Notes: generated from the sequence alone by a model not told the origin. Positions 38,100 through 51,191 are shown, numbered from the stretch's first letter. The stretch: DNA of 64,000 nucleotides from Octopus bimaculoides (GCF_001194135.2 NC_068983.1:112268072-112332071); one strand, 5' to 3'. Program-made: numbers and translations.

Positions 38100-39110
38100 C
38101 TTGTAAAGAAGGTAAGGTTTCAGCGTTATTTTAACCCCTTTCTTAAATCCTTAAATGACTACATGACCAGTATTAAACAATCTCCCAATCTACACATCCT
38201 CACAGACAAAAGAAAAAATATTTATGAAACAAACATTTCCACACATTCAAGACTCCTCACAAGTGCCATAGCCCAAACATACAAAAACACTGGTAATTCC
38301 ACATACAATGACATAAACACAGAAGCAAAGATGCTAGCTACACACCTTAAGACAGAGGATTGCATGAATCATCTTACCACACGACCCCCCCACTTTCAAT
38401 ATTACACTTAACCCTTTAGTGTTTAAACCGGCCATATCTGGCCCAAATATTCTACATGTTTTATATTTGAACTAGCCATATCTAGCCTCTCACATCTAAC
38501 CTACATAGACATTCTAAAATTAAATAATCACATCATTGAAACCTCAAAGCTATGAGATAATGCGTGATTAATTCAAAACAATTTGAGTGAAAAAGCATTA
38601 CATTTAACAGAGTAATCTGAACATCAAAGAGTTAAATACCATAAGCCTAATTTCCATTCCAACCCCAAATGCAAGCTGATCAACCCCTCTAAAAGTGAGA
38701 TAAGTATCATTAGCAAGTGTATTCTCAATACTATCAACTCTGAAATCAGAAGGGCTACAGGGTTGACTCAATGGAACTCCAGCACAACTGTAATAGACTG
38801 GTTCTTCAGTATCAAGAATAAATCAGCCTGCAAATTCACCCAGTTCAACATTGTTGGCTTCTACTCACCATATCTAAGCCACCCACCTCCTAAAGGCCCT
38901 AGTTTTTGCTGGACAATTTACCAGCATTGGTGATCTTGATACCAGAATCATCATGAATGCAAGAAAGTCAATTCTGATCCATGATGATCCCTTCTGGGGG
39001 AAGAAAGAAGATGATCCATTGTTTGATGTCTCTATTGTGAGCTTTGACGGGGCTGAAATCACCAACCTTGTTGGGTTATATAATTTGGATATATATCCAC
39101 AAGTGCTCAA
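38100..39110 (+). mobile_element. Penelope-like reverse transcriptase remnant, interrupted by a MITE
   Basis: TDKRKNIY..INTEAKMLA..ITLKYHKPNF..PKCKLINPSKSEI..QWNS..VIDWF..KFTQFNIVGFY..LKALVFA..IIMNARKSIL..FDVSIVSFDGAEITNLVGL. Confidence 0.9.
38408..38635 (-). mobile_element. piggyBac-like MITE with TTAA duplication
   Basis: TTAA at 38408-38411 and 38632-38635; CCCTTTAG terminus; reverse complement of 43445-43672. Confidence 0.85.
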
Positions 39111-40284
39111 ACCACCAACCCGGCTGTAATTAGAGATCTGGTTTCAGGCATTAGTAAACAGATGTCTAAACTCTCAACCAACTTTAAGATCTTTAATAGG
39201 GCCTCACCCCATTACAACAATGCTTTGGCTGTATATATATATATATATATATAGGTAGATATATAAGTTTGTGTATTTGTGCAAGCATGTATGTAAGTAT
39301 GTACATATGTGTATGCATTTATAAATACATGTGTGTGATTATGAATGAAGAAAACATTTTATTTCTTTATTTTACATGTTTTTATTTATTGATTTTTACG
39401 TGATGTAAGTTTACTCAAAATAAATTCTTCGAACAATCAGTGTGCAACAGAGACAGAGAGAGAGAGAGAGTGTGTGTGTGCGTGTGTATGTGCGCACACA
39501 CATTTAAGTACATTCATGTGGCATAGTTTATTTTATGTAATGTAATTTTACTTTATAATTCATTCAATAGTTAAAAGCATATTTTTGTTTGTAGGTACTA
39601 AATTTCGTTCATAGTTCTAGTAAACTCTTCTGTCTTCCACTTTTAAGTTGCACTTAACATCACAGATTAAATTATAGTTCTCTTGAAAAGATACTTACAG
39701 CTACTCACAGTGTGTAAATAAACTAAGCAGATCTGATAAACATGCCTCCTCTTAACTATAACACAGACACTGGTCAATAAAATGGAGACCTTCCCATATT
39801 ATCCCAATATATACTAAACTTAGCAAAAGCCTTCTGACTTTTTAAAGAATAGCATAGCATCTAAATGCTCTATTTCAATAGCAATTTTGTCAATCAAAAG
39901 AGGGATTAATTAAATTTGGATACTGCAAGGTGCAGCATTTGCATTGTGCCAAGCTATTTGAAAAGCATGTAAGCCTAAGGAAGCGTTGATAATGCATCTT
40001 CATACTTTGTTTCTGCTAATATACTGTGTGATTAATAGACTAAATTTAATTGGTGTTTCACATCAGATTTACCAACTGTACTTATCACAGTTATTAGTTG
40101 CAGGAGTAATAACTGAACAATTTAGTTTCACAAGTTTTATTTCTACCTTTCTGTAGAGTGCTTAAAGAGGTATTTGCTTCGATTTATCTAATCCCCATTT
40201 CCCTTCATACATGTGTGTATCTCTGCCTCTCTATCTCTTTCTCTATGTATATATTTATAAATATATATATACATATGTTTTTAG

Positions 40285-40580
40285 AGGTTGTGGATAATTT
40301 CTGCTACTTAGGGGACCTAATTAGCAATCTAGAAGATTGTACAGAATGTATAATTGCTAGAATAAGAGTAGGGTGGAGAAAATTCAGCAAGCTTTTACCT
40401 CTGATGGCAACCAAAAGTCTCACTCACCGAGTTAAAAGAAGTTGGTATGATACATGTATATAAACAGCAATGTTAAAATGGTAGTGAGACATGGGCTAGG
40501 CCCTGAATGTAGAGGATATGTGAAGACTCAAGAGAAATGAAGACAGTATGCCCTACTGGATGTGCAATGTCAGTATATAT
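40285..40580 (+). mobile_element. RTE LINE post-RT fragment
   Basis: LEVVDNFCYLGDLIS..IIARIRVGWRKF..LLPL. Confidence 0.75.
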
Positions 40581-40646
40581 GTGTGATTGAGCACTTGTGT
40601 AGTGAGAGAAAAGTTATAGCATTACAATGCTATAAAACAATGGCTT

Positions 40647-40735
40647 CTTCTGGGCATATTTGACTGCTATTTTTTTCACTTCTCTCTCTTCATTCGAGAG
40701 AAGTGAAGAAAATAGCAGTCAAATATGCCCAGAAG
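40647..40735. repeat. Near-perfect 40-bp hairpin with 9-nt loop
   Basis: 40647-40686 pairs with 40696-40735 with a single T:G; weaker pairing extends to about 40619 and 40763. Confidence 0.9.
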
Positions 40736-41159
40736 TGGCCGGTGTTTTATAACATCATAATGCACTTTAAAGGTGCAAATGTGGACAATAACAATTGGCC
40801 AAAATGTAACATAGGTGAAAAAATGTAAGAACTTATTAACTGACTGCACTTTGATTAAAAGAAGGATTATTCTAAGTATATTCTCTATTTTCTTTAAACT
40901 ACTAATTATTTATCCTATATCAAAAAGAATGAAGTCACCATACAGACAATTGGACTTTCAGAAGTGAAAGGTGCTAAAATGGTAAAACAAACCAACCAAG
41001 AATATTAGTACATAAACACAAGAATAATATCCAGAATCATCAATTGATAATAGTGCAAAACTGGTGCCTGCTTGGATAACATATCTCCACAAAAGAAAAC
41101 TTCTTTACAAAGAAAAGTTTTTACTTAATATAGGCTCATATATATATATATATATATAT

Positions 41160-41229
<70 letters not shown>

Positions 41230-41234
<5 letters not shown>

Positions 41235-41953
41235 GTCATGTGGTGAGAATGGATGAGGATAGCTGTGTGGAAAAGTGTCACACTCTAGCAGTTGAGGGAA
41301 CCTGTGGAAGAAGTAGATCCAAGAAGACCTGGGATGAGGTGGTGAAGCATGACCTTTGAACATTAGGCCTCACCGAGGCAATGACTAGTGACCGAGACCT
41401 TTGGAAATATGTTGTGCTTGAGAAGACCTGGCAAGCCAAGTGAGATCATAAACCGTGGCCTATGCCAGTGGTATAACCATCTCACTTATGTGTACCTTTC
41501 CTTCATTGGACACTAAACTCTGCTTGCGAAGACCTGTTGAGGCAAGTGAAATCAAAATCGAAATCAAACTCGATGACAGCACCGCATGACTGGCATCCGT
41601 GCCATGTTGGTAGCATATAAAACGGCCATTCAAACGTGATCGTTACAAGCATCACCTTACTGGCACTTGTGCCGGTGGCATGTAGAAAACAACATTCGAG
41701 CGAGGTCATTGCTAGTGCTGCTGGACTGGCTCCTGTGCAGGTGGCATGTAAAAAACATCATTTGAGTGTGGCCATTGCCAGTACCACCTGACTGGCCCTC
41801 ATGCAGGTGGCATGTAAAAGCACCCACTACACTCTTGGAGTGGTTGGCTTTAGGAAAGGCTGGAGCCTGGTGCAGCCATCTGGCTCGCCAGTCCTCAGTC
41901 AAACCGTCGAACCCATGCCAGCATGGAAAGCAGACATTAAACGATGATGATGA
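41230..41953 (+). mobile_element. RTE LINE 3' end: ORF C-terminus plus complete 3' UTR
   Basis: YGHVVRMDEDSCVEKC..VEGTCGRSRSKKTWDEVVKHDL, followed by the tandem-unit UTR and GAT tail. Confidence 0.85.
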
Positions 41954-42295
41954 TAATATATATACATATACATTGAGAGATGTCCACCAATGGTGAACAG
42001 CTCTACTAATGTATATCTACACAGCAGTTACAGTCTGAAGAAAAGTTCATTTCAATATTGCAAACTTAAGAATTATGCTTAGAATGTTAAATTGTTCCTC
42101 TTTATATTTAGACAGACTATTGGTGAATTTGAGAGTTATGCATCTTGGCTATAGACACAACACATTGCCAATGGCAGGATATAAAACCACTAGCATCTCA
42201 GCAGGTTGTCCAGTAAACTTATTGACACAACCTTCATTACATTTATATATTCAATATAAGAAAGACAAATCTTAGTAGCAGAGTAGATTACTTAC

Positions 42296-42436
42296 GATGG
42301 TAACATTCGGTATAAAAGTTCATCAGTTTTCTTTTTCTCCTCTTCCAGTTGCATTGTTCTTTCTCGTACAATGTCTTCTAAATCTGTTGAATATTTTTCT
42401 AGCATTTTAAACATTGTGTCAACAAAATTTTGTTTC
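42296..42436 (-). CDS. Receptor guanylyl cyclase exon: hinge/coiled-coil dimerisation region
   Basis: Encodes (R)[46 protein letters not shown](S), the typical rGC hinge. Acceptor ttctcttctAG at 42437-42438; donor TC|GTAAGT at 42295. 141 nt, phase 2/2, in frame with both neighbouring exons. Confidence 0.95.
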
Positions 42437-43444
42437 CTAGAAGAGAAAATAAACAATGCATTTATATTATTGATCATAAAAATGATAACAATAGGTACAG
42501 GCCTGATTGTGATAGGTGTAGATATGGCTGCATAGTTAAGAGGTTTGTTTCACAAGCATACGAGGATACGTCATTTGTTATAGCCATTGACCAACCAAGT
42601 CTTGTGAGTAGATTTGGTATAGGGAAATTGAAAGTAGCTCATCATATATTTATGAGTGTTTGTGTGGGTGAACGTTTGGATGTATGCATGTTTCAGTGTT
42701 TGTGTTTCCTTGCCTTGATATCATGTGATCATTATAAATGAACATCACAAGTGGTGGCCATAATTTTCAATTTTCTTTGAAGATATATTCAACCATAGAG
42801 AAATATTATCTTGCTTTGAAGCAGGTGAGAGTTGGTAAGAGGAAGGTCATCTAGCTACAGAAAATCTGCCTCAATGAATATCGTCTGAGGCATACAAGCA
42901 TGGTAAAGGGACATTAAACTGACAAAAAATTGCTGGAAAATTTTGTGCTTTTTATTGATAAATCTTGGTTGAGCTCCCAACCATTTCTTCTATCTTTTTC
43001 ATTAACTAAGTACAACATTCTGTAGTAAGTTACCTTTTCTTTTTAGCCTTTTTCTCTATTATTAGTTTCAATCATTCGACTGTAGCCATTTTTGGACACT
43101 GCCTTCTAAAGTTTTAATGTAATTAATAATATAAACTACAGTATGTATTTCTGTCTGGTATGTGTTTTATCAATCTATATTTATCATATCACTAAGTTGT
43201 GTTTCTTCTGACATGACACTCACTTTACTCTCATGAACGTAGAGATTGTTAATTGTCTTGGTTAGAATTTGGTTAGATTGTAGACTGCTCACAATGCATC
43301 ATGGTTTGCTTTACTAATATTAATCTAAATAATGAATCTGAATAAGTTTGGTCTCGTTAAAATCTTTTAACACAGAGTTACATTGAAGCTCATTGTCAGT
43401 GTTTAGTCCGGCTTCATCATGGAGGCATAAAGCAACATTCTCCA

Positions 43445-43672
43445 TTAACCCTTTAGCTTTCAGATTAATTTGTCAAAAGTAATTCTTATTTATTCACATT
43501 TAAAAAAATTTATCTGATATTATTTTGTAGCTTCAAGATAGGAAAGATGTAATTGCTTATTTTTAGAATGACATTGCAGGGTAGGTGTGTGAGGCTAGTT
43601 CTGGCCAGTTTGAGCATAAAATGTGTAGAATATTTGGGTCAGATACAGCCGGTTTAAACACTAAAGGGTTAA
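43445..43672 (+). mobile_element. piggyBac-like MITE
   Basis: TTAACCCTTTAG ... CTAAAGGGTTAA perfect termini. Confidence 0.85.
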
Positions 43673-44309
43673 GCAAAGTTAGTGCTCGAGGTTAGCTCAC
43701 ACATTTCCATGCCTATAAATATATTGAGATTTTAAGACTATTCATGATATTTTAATGGTACTATTTCTGTTTTGCCATTGGTTTGTATATCAAACATATA
43801 AAACTATAAAGTGTATCAGATAAGAGATTAGTGTCATTATACATACCGAAAATTAAATACTATAAAAGAGTCTATCCATGAGGCTATTCAGAATTAATTG
43901 ATTAATTGATTCTTTTTTTCAACAAGATGCCAGAAAGAAATACTTAACAGCTGATTCCTCTGTATAGAATAATTTTAAATGCTTTATATTTGACTGTATT
44001 TTCTCACAATTTAAAGTAATGAATAAAGAGGGGTTATAATCTAAATAGAAAATATTGCACAACTGTTAAAAAGAAAGAAAAGAAAACTAGGTGCAGGGTG
44101 CAGCTGCACAAGCATGTCTTGTGCAATACACAAACATGCAGCAATGATAAATATTTTGAAAAATTATTACTAAAATTTTTGTGATTTATCATTCTGCAGC
44201 TGGCATTTTTGATATTGAATCATAAACATAACATGCTTTCTAGCAAATATATATAAATTATAGCACATTGAAGACTTGTCTGTGTTCTGGGCTTTGAATT
44301 AATTATTAA

Positions 44310-44815
44310 TATATATCAATAAAAGTAAAATTCTGTCTGTCCTTCTGGAACCCCTGTATCTCAGTCTACATTTGTTCTACATAGACATATTATACCTTTT
44401 CAAAATCAGGATGATCCTGGGATTGAAAAATCTACCCTTCATTTGGCTCTTGAACATCCAGCATTAGGATTTGATTTAAAAACATTTGAGTTACTACTTC
44501 TAGCAGGTAAAGCAACCACGAGAGGGTTCATACCATAGTATTACTGAGATAGGTGAACAAGAGTTACCTCCCTTAGCCTAAAGTTTTACCAAGGAACTTA
44601 GGGGTTCTTTTATCGTTTTCAGTCATCAGAATGTGACCACACTGAGGCACCGCCTTGAAAAATATTAATCAAACAAATCAACACCAGTTCTTTTGTTTTT
44701 ATGCCTGGTACTTTTTTTATTGGTCTCTTTTACTGGACTGCTAAGTTACATGAACATAAACAAACCAACACCAGCTATCAAGCAGTGGTAGGGGACAAAC
44801 ACAGACACAAAGCCA

Positions 44816-44850
<35 letters not shown>

Positions 44851-45481
44851 TTTTATAATGCTGAGTTTCTTAACTCTGGCTCCTTCCAGAATGCCTTTTC
44901 ACAAACTGATATTGTAGAAAGGAGTTCCAATCATGCTTTTGAGAAATATGGATTCCATAGAGCTGTGAAATGGAACAAGACTGATTGTCATGCAAATGCA
45001 TCCACCTCTTTTGGAAGCGACAGTCCTCACTGAACAAGGAAAGGGAGAAAATGTGTTTATTTCAAGAATTTCACTGATTCCAGCAGACATACCCATTGAA
45101 TTTAAGAGACTTCAGTTTCTAGTAAGAGTTAGTTTTGCAATGCCAATTAGCAAGGACAATCACTCAACATTGTTGGACTTCACCTCATGCACCAGTGCTT
45201 TTCCCATGGTCAGGTCTATGTTGGTTGTCCGATAGTTGGAAATGACAACAATCTCTTGATACTCACACCAAATAGTAAAACTAAGAATATTGTTTATCCT
45301 GCTGCTTTACAGTGCTTTCCAAATGTCACAGTGATACAAAATTCTCTAAATGATCTGTGATATAAATCTGAGACAGTAGGATACCAATAAATGCTTTATT
45401 ATTATTTCTTTCTTTAGTTTTGAGCCACAGGCCCATTTAAGCTTCTGCAGAAGTTTGCATGGTGTGTGGCTTTTAAGCTAG
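44310..45481 (+). mobile_element. Helitron remnant with PIF1-like helicase C-terminus
   Basis: YNAEFLNS..MQMHPPLLEATVLT..GENVFISRISLIPADIPIEFKRLQFLVRVSFAM..FSHGQVYVGC..KTKNIVYP; 3' decayed hairpin plus CTAG|T; 5' part matches 51470-51630. Confidence 0.8.
44610..44820 (-). mobile_element. SINE family A 3' half nested in the Helitron
   Basis: Degenerate reverse complement of the family A tail. Confidence 0.6.
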
Positions 45482-46343
45482 TATTATATAAATTTAAGCT
45501 ATGTGTAGTGGTGCGAAATTATAGCTGCCATTGAGGAAGTACAATCTGCACATGCACAAGGGACTTCACCACCGGAAGCCCCTCGAGTGTGCATGCGTAG
45601 TAAAATTAGTACTTAAAGAGTTTGTTTCACTTTCTAAGCCAGTTGAGCGAGAGACCTTCGAAGTGACAACACCTCGTTCCTCAACGAAGCACTCTTCACC
45701 ACGATGCCTTCGATATGATAGCTACTTGCTTCTCTGGCATGCATCAAAGAAGCTCTTAACCTTCCAATACCAATTACAACTTAATCAGCGGCTGCTAAGC
45801 TGAGTGACACAGGACTTATAAAACCAAGCATCATCAAAAAATAAAACTTATTTTTATTATGTTGTTAATCGTTCTACTGTTCCTTAATATATAATGCTGA
45901 TGAAAGGTGATAGAGAGACTAATGTCTCTATTGCAACTATCAACCTTTTACATATGTATTGTCATAAATGATTTATATAAAAACATATTCTTGATAAATA
46001 GTTATGATTTTAAATTTATTCCAGGCAAATGTTGCTTATTATAATTTTTTTTTTTTTTTTCTGAATTTGCAAAATATTTTTATTTAATTCATTCTTCTTG
46101 AAATAGTTGTTGTGAAAGTACGCCTAATTAAAGTTGATAGAGGTTGTGATGCTAGCATAACTATTAAAGTAAGAAAGTTTAGGGAGTTGCTTTTTCTGTT
46201 GCTAACGTAGAATATCTTTGTCCGTGGAAAACCATATTGAGTATGAAGAGGATGCATTGTCATAAGAATACAGAACGACCTGTAGGAGCAGGAGAGAAAT
46301 GAAATGTGTTTGAGCCACTGACTATGTTATGTTAACATACAAA

Positions 46344-46730
46344 GATGTGTTGTTGGCACTCCATCGCTTACAACAAGGGTTCCAGTTGATCCGATCAACA
46401 GAACAGCCTGCTCGTGAAATTAATGTACAAGTAGCTGAGCACTCCACAGACACGTGTACCCTTAACGTAGTTCTCGGGGGAGATACAGCGTGACACAGTG
46501 TTACAAGGCTGACCCTTTGAATTACAGGCACAACAGAAACAGGAAGTAAGAGTGAGAGAAAGTTGTGGTGAAAGAGTACAGCAGGGTTCGCCACCAACCC
46601 CTGCCAGAGCCTTGTGGAGCATTAGGTGTTTTCGCTCAATAAACACTTACAACGCCAGGTCTGGGAATCAAAACTGTGATCCTATGACCGTGAGTCCACT
46701 GCCCTAACCACTGGGCCATTGTGCCTCCAC
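46344..46730 (-). mobile_element. SINE family B, full length, 11-bp TSD TAACATACAAA
   Basis: TSD at 46333-46343 and 46731-46741; homologous to the 10590 and 50802 copies. Confidence 0.85.
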
Positions 46731-46941
46731 TAACATACAAAAAGACAGAGTAAAAGTGAACTGTGAGACTTGTAGGTATTTGTGTTTGTGTGCATGTGTG
46801 TTTACATTTTCAATATACTTCATTTGCAGTACATATATTGAAATGTTACATTTATGAATTCATGTATACTGCAGGTTTAATTAAACCAGTTCCCTGCAAT
46901 CAAGCAGATACAAATAGGGGATGACTCAAATGCATACTTAC

Positions 46942-47113
46942 CTTCCATTATTAAACTCTTTAAATTGATGATATATACTTTCAATATCTGGACGCATATC
47001 TGGATTTTCAGCCCAACATTGTTTCATTAGCTGAATATAGTGTGGTGGAGCAGCTTGTGGTGAGACCGATGGCCGTATTAATGGTGGTGGTTTCTTTACT
47101 TTTTGTATTATTT
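46942..47113 (-). CDS. Receptor guanylyl cyclase exon: C-terminal end of kinase-homology domain
   Basis: Encodes (E)[56 protein letters not shown](R), including the CWxExPxxRP motif. Acceptor ttttactcAG at 47114-47115; donor AG|GTAAGT at 46941. 172 nt, phase 1 in, phase 2 out. Confidence 0.93.
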
Positions 47114-47789
47114 CTGAGTAAAAGAAGAAAGTAAAATATTTCATGTAATAATAAAATAATAGGAGTAGCAGTAGTAGTCAAAATCATAGTAAAATAAGAG
47201 AAGTAGTAGTAGTAATAATGAAGAGGATGGTGGTATTAATGGTGTTGCTGGTGTTTGTGGTGGTGGTGGTAGTAGTAGTAATAACAGCAGCAGCAGTAGT
47301 ATAGTGGTAGTAGTAGTAGGAGGAGGAGGAGGAGGAAGGAGGAGGTCTACAAAAGTATCTAGCTCAGAATCATGGAAATTTAATGCAAATAGCTACAAAA
47401 CATGAACCAAAAGAAAAAAAAACGAATTATTTTCTATCTACATGGAAGACAACAAACATAAAACAGAGGCAGCAATAGCAGCAGGTACTTATGAAAAACA
47501 TGTAGAAGTAATGAGATAAATCATGAAACAGATACAATTTAGACTAAAATTCATCTACAGAATACCATGATAAAATAATGCAACGAAAATACCTTACATG
47601 GCTATCATCATCATCGTCAATATTTAATGTTCATTTTCCATGCTGGCATGGGCTGAACGGTTTGACAGGAGTTGGCTAGCCAGAGATCTAGGATCTAATT
47701 GTCTGTTTTGGCATGGTTTCTACAGCTAGATGCCCTTCTGGGTACTTTTTATGCGGCACAAGCATGAATGTTTTTTACATGCCATGAGT

Positions 47790-47942
47790 GTGGGTGTGTG
47801 GTAAGTAGCTTGCTTAACAACCACATAGTTCCAGGTTCAGTCCCACTGCGTGGCACCTTGGGAAAGTGTCTGCTACTATAACCTCGGGCCAACCAAAACC
47901 TTGTGAGTGGAATTGGTAGACGGAAACTGAAAGAAGCCTGTC

Positions 47943-47982
<40 letters not shown>

Positions 47983-48015
47983 NNNNNNNNNNNNNNNNNN
48001 NNNNNNNNNNNNNTC

Positions 48016-48055
<40 letters not shown>

Positions 48056-48258
48056 ATGTATGTGTGTGTGTGTATATGTTTGTGTGTCTGAGTTTGTCCC
48101 CCCAACATCGCTTGACAACCGATGCTGGTGTGTTTACGTCCCCGTAACTTAGCAGTTCGGCAAAAGAGACCAATAGAATAAGTACTAGGCTTACAAAGAA
48201 TAAGTCCTGGGGTCAATTTGTTCGACTAAAGGTGGTGCTCTAGCATAAGTAAAAGAGT
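47790..48258 (+). mobile_element. SINE family A, near full length
   Basis: Matches 21788-22211; a gap lies in the central TA tract. Confidence 0.8.
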
Positions 48259-48419
48259 ATGTGTGTTTTTAATGTGACACCAGCATGGGTGCCTTAACAT
48301 GACACCAGCACAGGTATTTTTTACTTGGCATTAGCACACGTTTTTATATGACATCAGCAGGGCTCCTTTTTACATGGCACCAGCACTAATGTTTTTTATG
48401 TGACACCAGCACCTGCAGG

Positions 48420-48720
48420 TTACCAATTATCTTGCCAATGCTGGAAAAAGCTAAACAAAGAATAAATAGACAAAGAAAATTCCCAACATTGGCTGAGAAG
48501 CACAGGACTCAAAGAAGAGACTGAGAGTTTCTTGATTAAGGTAGAAGACTTAAATTCCCCATCATAGAAACCAAAAGCTTAGCATGCAGCAAAATACAGT
48601 AAGAATTTGCAGAATATGTGGAGATAGTGAAGAAACATTTATCTGCAATATCTCTGACTGCCCAATCTTAGCTAAGAAAGAATACATCTAGATAAATGAC
48701 CAAGTTATGACTTACATACG
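48420..48720 (+). mobile_element. R4/Dong-like LINE fragment (CCHC region)
   Basis: Homologous to 59490-59740 (WLRS.GLK.ETE.FL..CRICGD..E). Confidence 0.6.
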
Positions 48721-49499
48721 TAAGTGGTTTTATCAGGACTATGAAATACTAGGAAAAAAGCGATGTTATAGATATACACCCAGGGTTGTCTTAGAAGCAT
48801 TATATGCTCTTGAGTAAATCAATGTACTGGACCCTATAGTATTTATTTGTTGACAGCAAGGCAAAGCATGTGTAGATCAGAATTAGGCCTCCTAGACTTG
48901 TGGCCCCTGAGCAACTGCCCAGATGACACTGCATACACCTGAAAAGGTCTCCATAAATCACAAAACAACCAGAGTCTGTAATATACCAATACACACGGAC
49001 AAAAAAAGCAAGGGTAACTGACTAGAAATTTGTCAAAGACCATCAGAAAAAAAAATTGCCTCATTATTGGTATATAAATCCTAAAAGATGATAATGTGTT
49101 TTCAAAAAAGAGGAAGAAATTGTCTAAATATAAAGAAATAGTAATAGAGATAATCCAAGAGTGGTCACTCTGAAAATAGTTGCTTTGGAAATGATAGATA
49201 CTATGTCGACAAATATATAACTTCAATACTGGGATTTTAAAAAATAAGCATAACAAACTGAAAATAGCACTGCTAGACGCCATACACATATTTTGTAGGG
49301 TACTTTCAATACAGCAAAAATAGTAAAGCCAAACAAAAACACCCCTTGTAATTACAGTTGTGCTCAGTGATGGCGCAGTGTGAGAATGCAATAAAAAAAA
49401 GACGAATGAATGAGTGAATGAAGGATGATGATGATGATGACGACGATGACGATGACGACAACAACAACAACAACGAGGATAAGAAGAGAAAAGCATAAA

Positions 49500-50030
49500 C
49501 CATCTCTTGACTGAATGCTCTAAGCTAACTCTAAAAGAGAATAAACACAATCATGACCATGTTAGTAAAAGAGCACATTGTGAGTTTAGCCAAGTTTGTG
49601 GTTTCAAAGTGGAAGAAAAGTGATAGAAACATGAGCCAGAGGTTGTATGGTGAATGATAATTACAGGATATTTAGGTGATAAAAACTGACCATACTATTG
49701 AATCGAGGAAACCAAAGATGATTGTAGAAGACCGAAGAAATAAAAGAAAACAATGAAACAAACAGTGTGGAATCACAGATATCACAATACTTTACAACAG
49801 ATGAGCAAATACTGAGAAAATTAAAGAATTTCAGGACCTAGACAGAGAGAGATGAAGAAATTGCAGAACACAAAGGTGAAAATTGTTCCTGTGGTAATTG
49901 GTGCACTCAGCACAGCTGTTGTACTATGAAGAATATTAAAATTAAGACACATATTGTCAGCCTGCAGACAAAGTGCCATCCTGTAATCTTCAAGAATCCT
50001 AAGAAAGATTCTTTAGAAACTTACTGTCAC
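49500..50030 (+). mobile_element. Degenerate RLE-type LINE 3' end (R4-like, different subfamily)
   Basis: HLLTECSKL..DHV..KTDHTIESRKP..DITI..FQDL..VKIVPVVIGAL. Confidence 0.5.
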
Positions 50031-50801
50031 CAAAAGCTATTACATGCTAATTAAATTTGGATGTAATGATGGTGATGGTGGTGGTGGTGGTGGTGGTGGT
50101 GACGATGATGATGACACCGACAAGGATGATGATGATGATGATGAGACAGAAATCTCTACTATTATATTAAAAACACAACAATAAAATGTAAAAGGCACAA
50201 CCCCTTACTATTTCTCATTATGATAAAATCCAAGTTATTATTCCTTTTGTTTTTGGAAAGACCTGCAGGCAAGACTTTAATTAAAAACCGTTTTTGTCTT
50301 AATCTCCATTCTACAAACTTGTCTGTTACAGTTTTGGAAAATATAAAGTTTTTTTCCCCACCTTTCTATGTTATTTTCATTAAGTTATTGTCTGTTTTCA
50401 AGCTAACACAGTTAGCTACTCCTAAGTTTTCTAGAAAATTGTATTAAAAAATATGAAGCTGTATAGCAGCATTTATTCTATAACTTTAAAATGAATATTT
50501 CATTTCCTAGACCTAATATTCTCTCTCCAGCAAATAAATGTTACGATATTAACCATATTCCTCCTCATACTCATTGAAATAGTTTGAAAAGTAAAGATAA
50601 ATGCTAATGATAAACTTCTGCAATTTAAATGAAATATTCTCTCTTACATATTTCACTGATCATTTTATTTCAATACCTTTGGCAGTAACAACAAGGTATC
50701 TGATTTATATACTTCTAAGAAAGATTAAATGATATATTCCCAATTCATTCAAATTAAGAATTAAAATACCTTTTGGCATGTGATGACTGTTCAGTATACC
50801 T

Positions 50802-51191
50802 GTTGTTGGTGTTAGCACTCCGTCGCCTACGACATCGAGGGTTCCAGTTGATCCGATCAACGGAACAGCCTGCTCATGAAATTAACGTGCAAGTGGCTGA
50901 GCACTCCACAGACACGTGTACCCTTAACGTAGTTCTCGGGGATATTCAGCGTGACACAGTGTGACAAGGCTGACCCTTTGAATTACAGGCACAACAGAAA
51001 CAGGAAGTAAGAGTGAGAGAAAGTTGTGGTGAAAGAGTACAGCAGGGTTCGCCACCATCCCCTGCCAGAGCCTCGTGGAGCTTTAGGTGTTTTCGCTCAA
51101 TAAGCACTCACAACGCCAGGTCTGGGAACCGAAACCACGATCCTATGACCACGAGTCCACTGCCCTAACCACTGGGCCATTGCGCCTCCAC
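50802..51191 (-). mobile_element. SINE family B, full length, 11-bp TSD TCAGTATACCT
   Basis: TSD at 50791-50801 and 51192-51202. Confidence 0.85.

Noticed and set aside
47165-47345. Compound triplet repeat as a coding low-complexity exon
   Set aside because: It lies upstream of a clear acceptor, has mixed stop-containing frames and no splice signals.
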